Source of the DNA: Dicyema japonicum
Taxonomy: Eukaryota; Animalia; Dicyemida
Direction of reading: 5' to 3'
NCBI GenBank assembly: GCA_011109175.1
Contig: RDEW01000006.1
Coordinates: forward strand, 252,920 to 316,919
DNA length: 64,000 nt
The stretch's first letter is position 1, and every line of letters starts with the position of its first letter. A model generated the notes under the pieces. That model saw only the letters and a program-made list of their open reading frames with translations, was not told the DNA's origin and made no database searches. Below, piece after piece: positions 12,089 through 25,711 of this stretch. Position numbers and translations under genes: made by a program.

Positions 12089-12868
12089 CNATTCATACAC
12101 AAATCGTTAACGCAATTATTAATAAATTTTTGTGCTTTTGAGTTTTTAAATTGGATAGGACAAGCTATTCAATTTGTTAATTGGTCGGACTGCTATTCCA
12201 CTAAATGTCTAATTAATTTCATATTATGTATACTTCTGGAATAAATGAATGGATTTGTTTTTCTATCATATTACTAGATTGTGTTGACAATCAATGCAAA
12301 ACCATCTGTGTGGATTGCCTCTCTCCTTCCAACCTTGTTATGACAACAACTAACCCAGTCTCTGCTTTGGAGAAGGCTGAGACCCTAAAGGTGAAAAAAT
12401 ACGTATGTCTCGGTGGAAAATTCATTTTTGACCAGTAGCTGTCATTATTCTGATAGACAGAATTAGATCGCTCAACGCGAATAAGAAAAAGTGATAAGGA
12501 GTTAAAAAAATATATGATAAATTCAAGCTAATTATACCGCAAAATCGATTGTTACAATTAATATAAAGATTGCTCTATTTCGATGTATTGACCTAATTGA
12601 TTTTAAAAAGAGATCTTGAAAGGCCCTATGACTTTACTCGTCTCGGCGACAACGGTCTACTGATTAAATCTGATCAGAGGCGGTCGTATTTGGTTATTTA
12701 AAGTTCTCGAATTCTAGCGATGTCTCCTAAGCATTCAAGGGGGAATCTCATAATTTTGAATACAAAAAGGTGTATGCAGATGCCACATTGCGAATCATAT
12801 TTTCCAGAGAGAATAGAAAAACTGTGATCCTGTCTCCGGGTATCCCATAATCACGATATCAGAAATAG

Positions 12869-12962
12869 AGTTGAAAATGCAGAATACCTTGACTACTCAA
12901 GAGAGAGAAAAAAAAAGTTGAAAATGCAGAATACCTTGACTACTTAAGAGAGAGAAAAAAAA
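12869..12962. repeat. 47-bp tandem duplication
   Basis: agttgaaaatgcagaataccttgactact(c/t)aagagagagaaaaaaaa occurs twice. Confidence 0.9.
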
Positions 12963-13054
12963 GAGCTACTTGAAAGAGGATTATTTACGAAATTATTATT
13001 AAAGTAATTGGGAGTAATTAAAATAAAAAAAACAACGAGAAAAATTAATAACAG

Positions 13055-14324
13055 TTAAACAACAAGAATATATTTCATTAGTCTTATCATATTTCGGCAT
13101 TTAATAACAAATGTGATGAATCAAATGATTATAAGTGTTATAAAAGAAAACATAATTCCTATAATTAGAAAATTTTTTGAATCAATAGAATTTTCATTTT
13201 TTCTATAAGTTACTTTTTCAAAACACTGCGACTCTAAAATTCAGGAAAAATCATACCTTTTCCAGTAAAACTGAATTTAGAATCATCCCGAAGAATTTGT
13301 ACCTTAAATGGTGAAAACTGAGCATACATGTCATCAGAAAATTTAGTGAGAGACAATTCGAATTTACAAGAATTTCCAACATCAATCAATTTGGAATTAT
13401 TAGATCTCCAAGATCCATTATAGATTTTATCGATGATTAACTGAATTTTAGACATAATATTTATCTTGAGACAAAATAAATGTAAAAAGTATTTCATAAG
13501 ATCTCCTCCCCTTAAGAGATAACTCAACACTATTGTTATCAAAATTAATCTTCGTTTCCAAATAGTCGAAAAAAACTTTTAAATCATTAATCTAATATTA
13601 TAATATACAATTTACTATTTTAACATTACGATTATGAAAAAAATGTGATTTTAAAATGCCCACTTAATATAGCTTTCAATCGATTTTTCTCAATATAATA
13701 CCAATTTCTAACATTTGGATTGTTAGATGGATTACAGTCATGTGCTGAATAAAATTATATAAAACCTTTTCCAATAATATCTGAATATGATTGATCAGTG
13801 TAAAATTCTATCTCCAAAGAATATAATGTGAGAGTATTACCATTCTCAAAATTTACGGATGTATATCCGCATCTGTAATAATCTCCTTGTTTAATATTCG
13901 GAAGATATGTTGTATTTGTATAGGTTTCATTATCTTTATAAGTTAACTGTTATATACTAGATTTTAATTCTATTTTTATTGAGATGTTGTAAAATTCGTC
14001 TGAGAAATCAATAATATAGGTTTCATTATCTTTATGAGTTAACTGTTTTATACTAGATTTTAATTCTATTTTTATTGAGATGTTGTAAAATTCGTCTGAG
14101 AAATCAATAAAAAATTGGTAGATCAAGTTATTCATTTTGATTGTATACGGCATTTCACTAAAAAACACGAGGGAAATCGGGTTAATTAAATTATCGTTTG
14201 TCTACCATTATTATTTATAAAATACATTTGTAACTGTACTTTTCAATAAACTTTTAAAATTTACTGACATTAGATGTTCAAAGTCGAAATTCGTGATTGA
14301 GTGCAAAAACAATAACCATAACAT
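13055..14324 (-). pseudogene. Two-domain LAMP-like membrane protein pseudogene, paralog of 11364-12088
   Basis: Signal-like MLWLLFLHS start. Introns at 13745-13765 (21 nt), 13592-13615 (24 nt) and 13234-13256 (23 nt). Motifs QGDYYRC..TLTLYSLEIEF..IGKAHDC and VGNSCK..KVQ..FTGKESQC, plus a TM segment. Lesions: premature TAA/TGA codons, a frameshift near 13450 and an internal 96-bp duplication. Confidence 0.7.
13919..14110. repeat. 96-bp (32-codon) tandem duplication inside the LAMP-like pseudogene
   Basis: 13919-14014 and 14015-14110 are near identical; the peptide IDFSDEFYNISIKIELKSSI is repeated. Confidence 0.95.
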
Positions 14325-14434
14325 AAATATGTAAAATGAACACGTCGATGTGTATAATTTAGGTCACTTGTTATATATATTTATTCAATAACCCTGAAAA
14401 GGGAACACCAAAAAAGAAAGAGTAAACCAACTAA

Positions 14435-15470
14435 TTAAGTGATCCCGGTACGCCTCAACAAGATCGAAAGGTTTTTCCTGTGTTCCTCCAGAGTACCCAC
14501 GGCTTTTTTCAATAGACGACGATCATCTTTCATTAGAGTTGAATTACTTGTTATATTTATTAATTTATTTTTAATAATTAAAAAAATGATATTTATATTT
14601 ATTTTATAATTATAATAATCTATTTTCATTAATTCAGTAATCAAAAAGTCGTATTCCATGATGCACTCTCTATAGCGTCATTTACAATAAAGCCACGTGG
14701 TGCCATGTGATGCTATTTGCTAATTGGTTAAAAATTTATTTTCCTTCTGATAACTTCATTGGATCCACCTTACCAAAGAGACGCCGAATGCTTGGCCGTC
14801 ATTCACAAATCTCTTACTATTCTTTCCCTTGCAGATAATTTCGTTACCTCGAGACGACTTTTAGAATTGCTGAAACGAGAATCAATAAGTGATTCTAGAC
14901 TGGGTAACTTGTTTAATTTGTATATTCAAGGATTTCATTTTTTGGAAATCGTCATTTGATAATTTCTTTTGCTTCTTTAATTTATTTCTTTCTCTGATAA
15001 GTGTTTTTGTGTGCATATTATAATAGGTATTCCTTGTTCGATGGCATCCCATTGGAATAAATAGTTTTCTTGCTTTGAGTATAATGTCCGTGAAAGTTTT
15101 GATTATGTGGTCTATTGATGAGAATACCAATGTGTAAAATACTTCTATATTGGTGTCGATGTAATTAATTAGAGAATTTGGACCAAACTGCGCTTTCAAA
15201 ATTTAAAAAAGTGGAATTCTGTCTGATAAATTTATTTGCAGTGTTGATTTTCATCATAATAGGGTTGTGATCACTTTTTAGTTCATATTTTACAGTCCAG
15301 TTGATGAGGGGTAACATTGATGGGGAACTTAAGGAGAGGTCATGGGATGTAGGTTTGTCTCCTTTTCGAGTAGGTGTTCTTGTATTGTTTATGGTGTTAT
15401 TCAATATACAAAATTGTCCCAAGTTTCTGGCCAGTAGGTTTCCTCTACTGTCTGGTTTCTGGCCTTCATA
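14435..15470 (-). mobile_element. Jockey/I-like LINE remnant (APE end, linker, pre-RT, C-terminal piece)
   Basis: SHDLSLSS..WTVKYELKSDHNPI (APE end) and RERNKL..LNIQIKQ. The C-terminal DDRRLLKKAVGTLEEHRKNL block recurs at 34743 (+) and 54440 (-). Confidence 0.65.
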
Positions 15471-15829
15471 CCATAATTGATGTTTGGCATTGATGTCACC
15501 GTATTACGTTTGAGGTTTGAGAAAATCTGTAGGTTAGGGTACCCACTTGGACAGGATGTAGTAGGAAGAATATATACATTGACAATATTTATAGTTTTCC
15601 TAGGAATTCTAACATTTACAGAAGCTGAGAGTAAACAGGAAGATTCTAAAAGATTTCAAGAGTGAGTGAACCGATAACTGATTGAAGGGGACGTTCGTGC
15701 AGCTGTTTGAGTAGTGTCTTCTGACGATTCACTATCGAAGCCGTGTAGTTTTGGAGTTACTGAGAAGGAAACACCAAGCTTCACAACCGAACCAGCAGAA
15801 ATTGACAATACCAGAAGACCTCCCGGCAT

Positions 15830-17250
15830 TTACTTTTACGGATTTTGAAGTAGAGCTGGAATAATGTCTTTTGCTCCCAGTAGTTGCGGAGGTCTGGACG
15901 AACTGCGGCCAAGCCATGTAAAGGACTTAACATCCGAAGCTACTGCTGAAGCTGGCCGTGTTTTGTCAACGTCTATCACCTTGACGTTCACTCGAATAGT
16001 TAATGGTGATACTTCAAAATTTGCTTGAGATATTATTTTTGTGGACATCTATTGGTATTCCGAAAAGGAGATGGAGGTGTCCGCCCAATTGCGATCAGTA
16101 CATACTTTCGAAGGCTTGCTGCCTGGACACTCTCCCACAATATTGCTGAAGAGGCTCTTCCCGACTCAACTTGGGGTGGAGTGATCGGTTGCAGTCCACT
16201 CCGTGAGGAGTTACTTCTACAACAATCATTCAAATGCCTTCAACTCGGTGAGGAGAGACTGTATTTTGAAAACCTGTTGAAAGAGAGCTTCAGAGATTGG
16301 CCGACTAGTACACTTCGTATGGTACGGAGTCAGCCTTAGTTTACGGAACGATATCGTTTATTCACCCAGAGGCGTTCAGCAGGAAGAGCCTCTATGGCCT
16401 ACTTTTCATTCCTTGCGAGCTGCATCACATGGCCCAAAAAGTTTTAAGTTACTAACCGGATATACATTGGACTTGGATCTTGATAGAGTTAGTAAGTTGA
16501 GTGGAGAGTTAGTCTTATAATTCTCGTCGAACTTTGCTTACTAGAAAAGTTGAAACTCGAGGCCGCGGAGACATGCGCCAGCCAACACCGACTAGCAAAC
16601 ATTAAGTCGGCCGCACATCGCGGAAATGTAGTCTGGTTCGAGCCCCAACCGTGCCCACATCTGGGACCCTCCTTGACGAAAACAGCCTGAGGATCGGGGT
16701 GGCACTGCGCCTATGAGTAAACATATGTCGGAGAACAAAATGCCGTTGCGGCTGGGACATTGATGCGAAAAACTTACATCCACTCACTTGCCGACTAAGT
16801 GCTCGCAGCATTCAATGACATCCTTTCTCGAGCACTCAAAGCCTTGGGATTACAGATCCAATTGGAACCTTTGGTGTTAGACAGAGGCGAAGGAAGAGGC
16901 CGAATGACATGACGTTATTCCCATACTCCCACGGAAAATCACTCGTCTATGACGCAACGTGTGTGGAAACTTTTTCAGGGTTCAGATCGCTGACGGCGAC
17001 GCACTCTCTTGGAGACGTAGCCGACCAGGCAGAGTTCAAGATTATCCGTAAATACACATCCCTCGGAGAGCGATACCATTTCACTCCCATTGCTGTGGAG
17101 ACAATTGGAAACGTGGAAGGATGCTTTTCTCTCCAGCATTGGAAGCAAACTCGCCTCAAAAATATGAGCCACGGGAGAAGCTCTAGTTGAAGCAGAGGCT
17201 CGAAATTGTGATTATCAGATGCAACGCCTTCGCCATTCTGTCGTCCGAGT
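15830..17250 (+). mobile_element. CRE-like non-LTR retrotransposon, degenerate
   Basis: SFAPSSCGGLDELRPSHVKDL, KGDGGVRPIAI..FRRL, GTLLDENSLRIGVALRL, LVYDATCVETF and YHFTPIAVET. Confidence 0.8.
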
Positions 17251-17479
17251 TATTTATAATTTTAAAAATAAATTCTTTCTTAATTATATTAATCAAAATT
17301 TATTTTTTTAAATAATCAACCACCAAGTATATTATACACGTTATCATCGCCTCTTGTGGTCGTTTGTTGTAGCTTTTCATTTACTGTATTTATTATTATT
17401 TCTTCATTATTGAAAATGCAATATGTTTCAAACTTTTATATAGTAGATCTTTGATTCATCAATTCTTTATGTGCTTTGA

Positions 17480-18290
17480 ATTATGAAGAAATTTTACTAA
17501 TGACGACTTTATTGTTTGTCTAATAAGTCAATGTTGTCGGATAACAGCATCTTCTTTTTGGAGATTGTCATTAATTTCATGTTTCAAAATTACCTGTGTT
17601 CTATATCTTCCACACCTAAAATTTCTTGTTTTTTCATTTGTTCTTCTGCCTGGATAAATTTTTTGTAAACGATTCTATATTTTTACTATTATCATTCGGT
17701 GGAAGATTAATATTTCATGATATTCATTTCTCATTGGAAAGCCAATAAACCCTCCTAATCAAGTACAAACATACTTCATGTCCTTTTGGGTAAAGATGAA
17801 CAAAATTCTTCGGAATTATAATCTTGTTGGGTTAGATTTATCCTTTCAATTATTGGTACTATCAAATCAACTCTCGCTGCTTCAAAACAATTCCACAATT
17901 CATGGGCAAAACGTGGACAACGACAAACTTGGCGGCTATCGAAACGTCATATCCAAATATTTCTACATAATCCAGTACAGATTGGGCTTTTTCATGGAAA
18001 CTATTGTAATCGCACAAATGTTCAAAATAATAACAACATGTAATGTTGGGACAAATGCAAGCGTCGCAATCATGCGCAGTTTTAAAGCAAATTGTGAATC
18101 TCTCAGATATAATAATTGTAATCCCTGTTATTGGATCCATTTAAATATGGATTGGGACAAAGGAAAGAAACAGCTCTTCGTAGTAGCATCAGAAAATATT
18201 AGATCCATTTATAGCTGCTTTTTCGAATCAGTGATAATTGTCCTCAGTGATAACGATGGCCCCAATGATTTTGAATAAAACTTTTTTATA
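17480..18290 (-). mobile_element. MULE (Mutator-like) transposase remnant
   Basis: Minus strand: IITDFEKAAIN, then SCFFPLSQSIFKWIQ*QGLQLLYLRDSQFALKLRMIATLAFVP and STNN. These match MULE TDFExAxxNA, GCxFHxxQ, LAFVP and RTNN. Many stops. Confidence 0.75.
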
Positions 18291-18335
18291 GCTTTTTTCC
18301 CGTTCTGTTAATATTAAAATGTAAGTGGTAATACA

Positions 18336-19140
18336 TCATTTCTCTAGTCCATGAATCGTATATAATTGGTTAAACAATATGGGAGAGATTAAAAGTACCA
18401 TCGCATACCAAAAGTTTGTAGTGGAGAGCAAATTATTATTTTTTCTCGTTGTAAAAATTATTGTTCTGTCAAAAGTATCTTTATTAAATGTCACAGTCCA
18501 TACATGCGAGGCGCCGTATATGCGAGTTTCGGGAATATGAATTGGAGAGGGTGATGTATACCCTTCTAATAAGAAACGTCGTGGCTGTGGATTTTTAAGA
18601 GTTGCACTGCTTGCACAAGGTAGCAAATCCCTTCCATTTTGTCTGATGAAGTCTTCAAGTAATGAGGGTATTAGTTTTTCTAGTTTTTCGAGATTACAAA
18701 TAGTAGTGGCTTTTAAGGCCTGAATGTTCCGGATTCCTTGTTTGTTCATCCAGGACAGATTGATTCCCCATGACGTGCAGGCATAGCTGACAGAAGGCTC
18801 AATGAATTGTTTGAACAACAATTTCAAAGCTACGAAAGAGGTTTTAATGCCACCGAAAATAGTTTTGAATATCCCTAGTTTTCTTGAGCAGCTTCCAGAG
18901 ACAGCGTCGACGTGAAGTGAAAAAGACATGTGTGTGTCGAAAGTGATCCCAAAGATTTTCAGTTTCTTCGTGAAAGGTATTTTTGTCTGGTTGATAAATA
19001 TATCCACTGTCATTTGTTCAAGTCGTTTGTCTGAGGTAAATAAAAACGAAGAAGTCTTTGGGATATCTTGATCGCGGGATCTGATTAATAGGTCATCAGC
19101 ATAAGATAAGAGGAAATCGTATTTATTATCGGATTGTGGA
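18336..19140 (-). mobile_element. Jockey/I-like LINE RT C-terminal half
   Basis: LSYADDLLI, KLKIFGITFDTHMSFSLHV and LFKQFIEPSVSYA..W. Confidence 0.75.
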
Positions 19141-20559
19141 AAATCCGAAATGTATAAATTAAATAAGGCGGGTTATAAAAGGGGACCTTGTGGGAGACCA
19201 TTGAGTAGTAATCTTGAAATTGCTTTGGTTTCCATATCTTTGGCGCCATAATGAAGTGGTCAGATTTTTACACCTACTTCTCTGTCGTCAATATTGAATA
19301 AGAAAAACTATTCCGCAATTTACTGGATGTGGTTATTTACTCATATATTTTAGGCAAACAATGTGTAAATTTAACAATCTTGAATAAGAATCATCTAACT
19401 GTCATGAAAAAGAATCATCTAATAGTTAAGAATTTCAGCAATTAAAAACTCCGAAGAACGGAAACAAAAAATTAGACAAACATAATTAAACCAAATTGGT
19501 TTAACATTTAGCTTTAACAATTTTATAACAAGGAAAATAAAAGGGGAGTCGATCCAGCAGACCGGACTTGTTCAGCTATTTTTAGCATAGAGTCTGGGAT
19601 CTGATTCTGGTGTGTCTCAAAAATGGCAAAAAGATAAAACTTTTTTCAATGTCCTGTCAATAAGACCAAATAATCTACGGATTTTTCGCTCATTCTTTTA
19701 AAGAAAAGGACAAATAGAAAGAGTCTAATAAGCTTAGCCATGACAAAAACTAAGAAATTTCGTGTAGGGAAATACAGGCAAACCAATTTAACAATATTAG
19801 CTGTAGGGAGTGGGGGTATGTCACCTTCTGGAGACTCAATGGTTTGATAGATAAAGTCATTCTTCTTCTTTGACTTTGTAAGAAATTCGTTGTATAAATT
19901 CCCATCCAAAAACTTTGTCTGGCTGCTTAGTTTGGCAACAATCTGATTTTAGTAAACTTTTTATCCTTAATCTGGCGCTCTAAGACCATAGTGGCCACTA
20001 GTCTCATCCGTAAATGACTTGAAGTAGTGTGTCTGTGCTTTAGAATACATTGAACAGTTCTGAAGGAATGAAATAGATTCCTAAAGTCATAAAAACACAA
20101 CAATAGGAAATTAACTACGTTTTTGGCCAAAGTTGCTCCTGAGAAAATTTGGATAGAATCTTTTTGGAGGAGTCTGAAATTTACAAAGGATTGAAACTTG
20201 TAGAAAAATTACAAATCAAAATCTACCTAAGTAGATCCCTTACCTAATATGGTGAACAAGGAAAGTGACATACCTCTTATAACCAAACTGTAGTCATTAC
20301 TGGGCGGCTTAGTTCTTCCCAACCCAACCTACAAAACATTCCCATTCTTACCCCTCGAGAAGGTAAACCGAAAACCCTTTTTCCAAGTAATTTCCAAAGG
20401 TTATTGTAAAGTGCTGATTTTTCCCAAATTGAATTATTGTTAATGGAAGTCTACTCCAATTGATGAACGTTAATATCAACTTCCTGCAGCCTTTGTGTAA
20501 ATAATCAGTTTCGAACCTGTTGTTAAAGTGTCAGGTATGATAACAAATAAAATCCGTCG

Positions 20560-21060
20560 TAGACATATTTTTGAATAGTCTTACATTTTCAACGCAATTC
20601 AAAGCTGAGACTTACAGTGATCGAAGAACGTTGTCCGGAGAGCTGAGGTTGATTCCTGAACTCGCAGCCAGGAACGAAGTTGTTCCCAGTGGAATGAATA
20701 GTTGGATCCTTTTGAATGATGGCCAGGTAATGGTCAAATGAAGTGGATCCAATGACGATGACGCCATCAGAGAGAAGGAATAGAAATTTCAACAAATAAG
20801 CACCAAGTGGCTTGCACAATAAATAAACTCTTCTATTAAGAACAGAGGATAAAAGTGTGTCCAGCATAGATGAAAGTCGAAGATCAATCCTATATCATGC
20901 TGAACTTCAATTTGATGAAAAAAGGCTTCCGTGAAATACAATCCAGCAGTGATTGTCTTTGGAGATCTTCTTCCTCACCCAGTAAGTCAAGTTTTCTTAG
21001 ATAAGCATCCATTGGTAGTCAGGTAGTGCAGCGCAGAGACCAGATATTCGTGTCTGAGGA
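20560..21060 (+). mobile_element. Degenerate LINE fragment (pre-RT region)
   Basis: 20590-20780 resembles the reverse complement of the LINE block at 45970-46190 and 49630-49810. Confidence 0.4.
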
Positions 21061-21739
21061 TACAAGACCTTGCGAGTACGAACATAAATGGTGTGATAGC
21101 ATTTTCTGATCTCCATTTATTCATTAAACCGAAAAGGCCAGACTTTAAGTCTACCATAGAGCACTATCTGTGGAAATAAAAATCATTTTATCAAGATCTA
21201 ATATCTTATCTTTATAATTCGTAAAATTAAAAAAATATATTCCTTTTTTGATCCATGAAATGAAACGATAGCTACTAGAAGAAGACGAGTAGATTGAGAC
21301 AAACATGACGCTATTAAATTCTCGGAATCCTTTATTCGGTGACAAATCTTGACAATGAGGATAGCTCACAAAGGATCTAGTGTATTCAGACAGAATTCAA
21401 AGAAGGAAAAGAGAGGTTTTGTACTCCATTATGCTGCCTTCCTTTTAAATTATGGATGTGTTCACGTTGAGAACCAAAGTCCAGAACTCGTCATACGAAT
21501 AAAGAATAATTATGGAAGAGAGAAGCTGGAGAAGTTTCCGAGCTTAGTATCAATACTAAAGTAACATGAATCGCTTTATTATTAGGTTGGTGGTTGCTGC
21601 TTCTACATAGCATCTATATGCAGCAGAACATCAGGATTTGAGCCCTAATTAAAAGACCTTGGACTTGGTCCCATATCATTCTGACTAACTCAGTAATTGG
21701 AGATAAAAGATTGTGGACTACAAAAATTTGATACTCTTG

Positions 21740-23950
21740 AATTGACTATGAAGATGTCCGATCCTGAATCATGCAGTACATTGCTTCCGACCTTGGAATA
21801 TTGTTTTCCCCAGTAAGCCATTCTGTTGATCCATTGATATCGAAATTCGTATTTTTAAAACACTTAAATATAATGAATGAGCAATTTCTGATTAGTCTTC
21901 TCCAAATAATTCTTCTTTTGATATTCCTTTATATTGTCAGTGTTCAATTAGATAGGTCAACCACATTGTATTTAAGTGAAATAAATCTTGCGATAGTGGT
22001 CATGTGTTTTTCTTTGTTTTAAGACCGCAAGATTCCAGCCTTCGAAGACACATGGAAGATTTCCTCTCAAGGTCGGTCAAAAATTGAAATAACATGCATT
22101 CACTCTTATCAGAAATTGAGGTCAATCTCTTTCCAAAATTATTCCTGCTGAGAATAATCTTTCTTTGTTAGCAGGCTTTAAGTGCACTCGTAAGTTAGAG
22201 AGTATACGCCGGATTTCTAAATCAATAGCTTCGAATTCACGTGGTTCAATGTCGATAAGCCCATTATAATAATTATATAGCGAGAGTGCGTATTCATTTA
22301 TCGCTTTAAACAAGTTTACATCGTTTAATTTCGAATTCGCCAGAATCTTTTCTTCACATTTTCAGCAATTTTTTCCATAACTTTGTCTTTCATAACCTTA
22401 CTCCCTTTATCTTCTAACACTCCAAGATAGCGATATCCCTCACAACCATCCAGATAACTTGTATCTTTGGCACATTTCAGATTAGTCGCAGACTTTTCAC
22501 AGTTTCTTTTAAGACCAACAACGATCATATATTCATTGATATACTCCATCATTTTTAGATTAGTATCTTCATATTCGGCAATTATTTTCATGTCGTCAAT
22601 AAAAAGAAAATGGTTAGTCTCATATGTTACAATAGACGGATCACTCTGATCAATACATATCTTCGGGAATTGTATATTAAATTTAGTGGGTCCATTACCA
22701 GAGTAAACAGCTGGGAGAGAGTGAATCTCTTGCAAGATTCCTCTTCCCTGAGTTTGACCTTTCCAATTTTTTTTGTTAAGGTTCAAAATAACATTCCAGT
22801 TGCTTATTTAATTCTTGATAAACTTCACAATCCATTAAGGAACTGCAGAGCTATCAAGAAACCGACACAAAAATTCATGATTGACAAAATCTAAAGCCTT
22901 CTTCACATCAATGCACGTTTTGAATAAACTATTTCCATATTTAGCATTAACACACTGATTTATTAAAGCCTGCTCCTTCTCACAGCCTTCTTGCTCCAAG
23001 CTAAATGTCCGAGATATTATTAAACCCTTCAATATAATCCGTAAGTTTTGTATTAACACATTTTGTGACATGTTTATACAATATAGGCATGCACATCATT
23101 GGTCGTAAGTCATTCGGAGTACAACAGTCTTCTTTTTCGGAATGAGATACGTAATCCAGTATAAAACCATTCTTCTTGACAATATTCACCACTCACCATC
23201 TTTATAATCTCCCCACTCAGATAATTATGAAGAAAATCAAACTTCTTGACAAAAAATCTATATACTACATCACAGCCAGAGCTTTCTAATTAGGCGTATA
23301 GTGAATAATGTTCTTAACGAACTCAGCTGTCATATCTAAAGAATACTACCCTGCGTCTGTTATTCGCCTCCCAACAGTAGTTCTGTGAGAATAATTCTGA
23401 TCCTATTCCCATATATTTTTCCAAAATGACATGTACTCATTTTTTGAACTTTACAATCACTATTATTGACGTCATTGTGAGCCTCCTATAAAATCTCTAT
23501 TTGTAAGCTCAAAACAAAAATTATCTCGTATATAGGATTTTCCTGATTCATGAATTGAGATTTTTTTCTCGATGATTTTGATTTTGTCTTCAATTAGGGT
23601 AGAGATCCTTTTCAGTTCCTTTGATTTCTTGTATCCAAACGAGCATAAAACATCAAAAGTTTTCTCCCTTTCTTCCCTTGACTGCTTTCCAGTAAATCCA
23701 TAGAATAAGACGAAATTTTCTTTGAATTTGTCAATTCTCTCTCCACGTTTTCCCTCCAAAAGATTTTTACTAATTGCTTCTTTGTAAAATTGTTATATGC
23801 GCATTGTGCAGCAAAAATTATGTAAGTTATCTCATTCATGTCCGTTGGCGGAGATGATGACACATAATTTGATATCACTGCATTTAATGTAGTAAGAACA
23901 TTCTTTTTAAGCAACTTTATTAAATCTTTTGTGTGGGTTTCCTTCCATCT
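21740..23950 (-). mobile_element. Older R4/Dong-like RLE retrotransposon with RT core, degenerate
   Basis: IFAAQCAY, TPNDLRPMMCMPILYK, EQALIN, IDVKKALDFVNH, NHFLFIDDMK, YRYLGVLE, FKAINEYA, KERLF and WL.GENNIPRSEAMYCMIQDR. Confidence 0.85.
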
Positions 23951-24217
23951 CGGGGTACTGATTTAACTCTCAATTTGAACATAAAATTCTTCTTTGCATC
24001 TTCCAACATGGAAATTTCTATTTTGGTAAGTTGTTCTCTGAGCCTCCTGATTCGATTAAAGCATCTCGACTTTTCTGGACAATCTTTATTAAAAAATTAA
24101 TAATTCTGTGTAGAATGGATTGTGTTAGCACTTGATTTTGATAATATCCAAACTGTCAAGGATCACCCCAAACTGAGGGAATACTTTAACGTTGGTTAAT
24201 GCGTTCAATTGCAATGT

Positions 24218-25711
24218 GGTATGCCCAACAAAAATTGGTAAATCTTTTATAAAATACTTTTACATATTATTTAACCAACAATAAAAAAGTTAATATTTAA
24301 TAATCAACAACCTTCCTCGCCTGCCTGTTCGCCAGCCTCCTCAGGCAGGTTCGATTCTGGTTGCTAAATCAACTCCGAGAGCGCCTTGTCCACTTGAACC
24401 CTCTGCCCATATGGCATCTCCGGGCTCTACCTCCAATACTCCAGTGTCAGGCTATCTAGGGTCCGCGTTAATACAGTGGACTTTAGATAGGCCTGGAGCT
24501 TCCTATCTACCCATAACTGCTTCATTTAAATTTTGAGGTACTCTGTTGCAATTCTTTTCCACGTCATTACTATAGGAATCACGTGGACCTTGCAACCAAG
24601 CTTCTCCCCCATTTCGTATGTAAGCATGTCATACTTCCTTTTTTTATCCACCTACACAGTTTGCAAACGGTCTTGAGACGTGATGCCAACCTCTATGATA
24701 AGGACTTGGCCAGACTCCTTATCGTGTACCACAATGTCCGGTTTAGTGTGTTTGACTAGCACCGAAGTACGGATAACACTGTCTACCTTAATTTGGACCC
24801 TGGTGTTCTCTACTACAGATTGCACCTTATGAGTCCGCAACTTTCTGGTGTGGCGAATACCATACTTATTGCATAGTAGAAGATGAAGACTCCTTAATAT
24901 CTCGTTATGCCTGCACACGTAGTCGTGGCAGAGCATGGATCCACATCCAGTGGCTAAATGATCAACCGACATGCTCCTTGACTTACAGTGGGGACATGTA
25001 TTTGTTGATCGACCCCAAAAAATATTGCGGTCTTGCATGTACGTGTACAGCGCCTCCGATTGAGGTGAGTTGTCACCGTATTTTAGCCATATTGTCGACG
25101 ACTTAAGGTCGACATGTGGGTTGTCCAATGCTCTGAAGAGGACCTTATGAAGGCTTTTTAAGTTGATCTTTTCCATCAAATTATTATATTGTAATTCGAT
25201 CAATGCCTTCACATTTAATAGCCCACCATCATCAACACCATATTTAGCAGACAAAAAAGGTCTGATGGTGCCTAGGTGGGTTGCCCGTGTTTTCTCGGTC
25301 GTTATTATGGCGTGCTTCCTAGCAGACACACTTGACCCAGCTATCAGGGTGTCGTGCATTCGCATGAGGATGTACTCACTTAGTTGGACTACTCCACACA
25401 TTCCACGGCCGAATTTATCACGGGGTAAATATAGTCTCTCCTTATTGGCTAACAGCACATGGACATGGTTCTCTCTGAGTACTCAACGGATCATAACATC
25501 CATCTCATCTTACTCTTTGGGCTCAAACTCCACAACACCTATGTAGTAGTTTAGCAGCGAGACAGCATACTCATTTAATGCTAGGAACAAATTCCTTGCA
25601 TTTAGAAACGTCTTACACAATAACGCTGTTCTTTTACAAATGCCTTCAGTAATTTGTCGCTTTGTCTCAGGCATTATAAGGGACTTTGGTGTTTCAGTAA
25701 CTTTTGGCACA
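24218..25711 (-). mobile_element. R4/Dong-like retrotransposon 3' part (thumb, CCHC knuckle, RLE, 3' UTR)
   Basis: ORF 24652-25458 contains KERLYLPRDKFGRG, CPHC..VDHLATGC, RHNEI and KPDIVVHDK..IIEVGITSQD. It is closely similar to 4341-5457. Confidence 0.9.

Noticed and set aside
10827-12438. Short ORFs 10827-11087 and 12226-12438 (likewise 7100-7306, 19646-19909, 45314-45580, 52483-52752) as genes
   Set aside because: No recognisable motif and no consistent spliced model; they may be decayed host genes, but cannot be supported.
14251-14264. 14-nt GT-AG introns (14251-14264 and 56018-56031)
   Set aside because: Both lie in pseudogenes. At 56018 the upstream phase-1 exon already gives the right frame, and the 14251 case cannot be separated from decay.
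16560-16620. HDV-like ribozyme (GGCCGC.. start with hairpin)
   Set aside because: It lies within CRE coding sequence, and the nested double pseudoknot cannot be built.
17778-18278. 166-aa plus-strand ORF as a gene
   Set aside because: It is the antisense shadow of the MULE transposase remnant.
21771-22022. Hydrophobic plus-strand ORF as a membrane protein
   Set aside because: It is antisense to the R4-like coding region.
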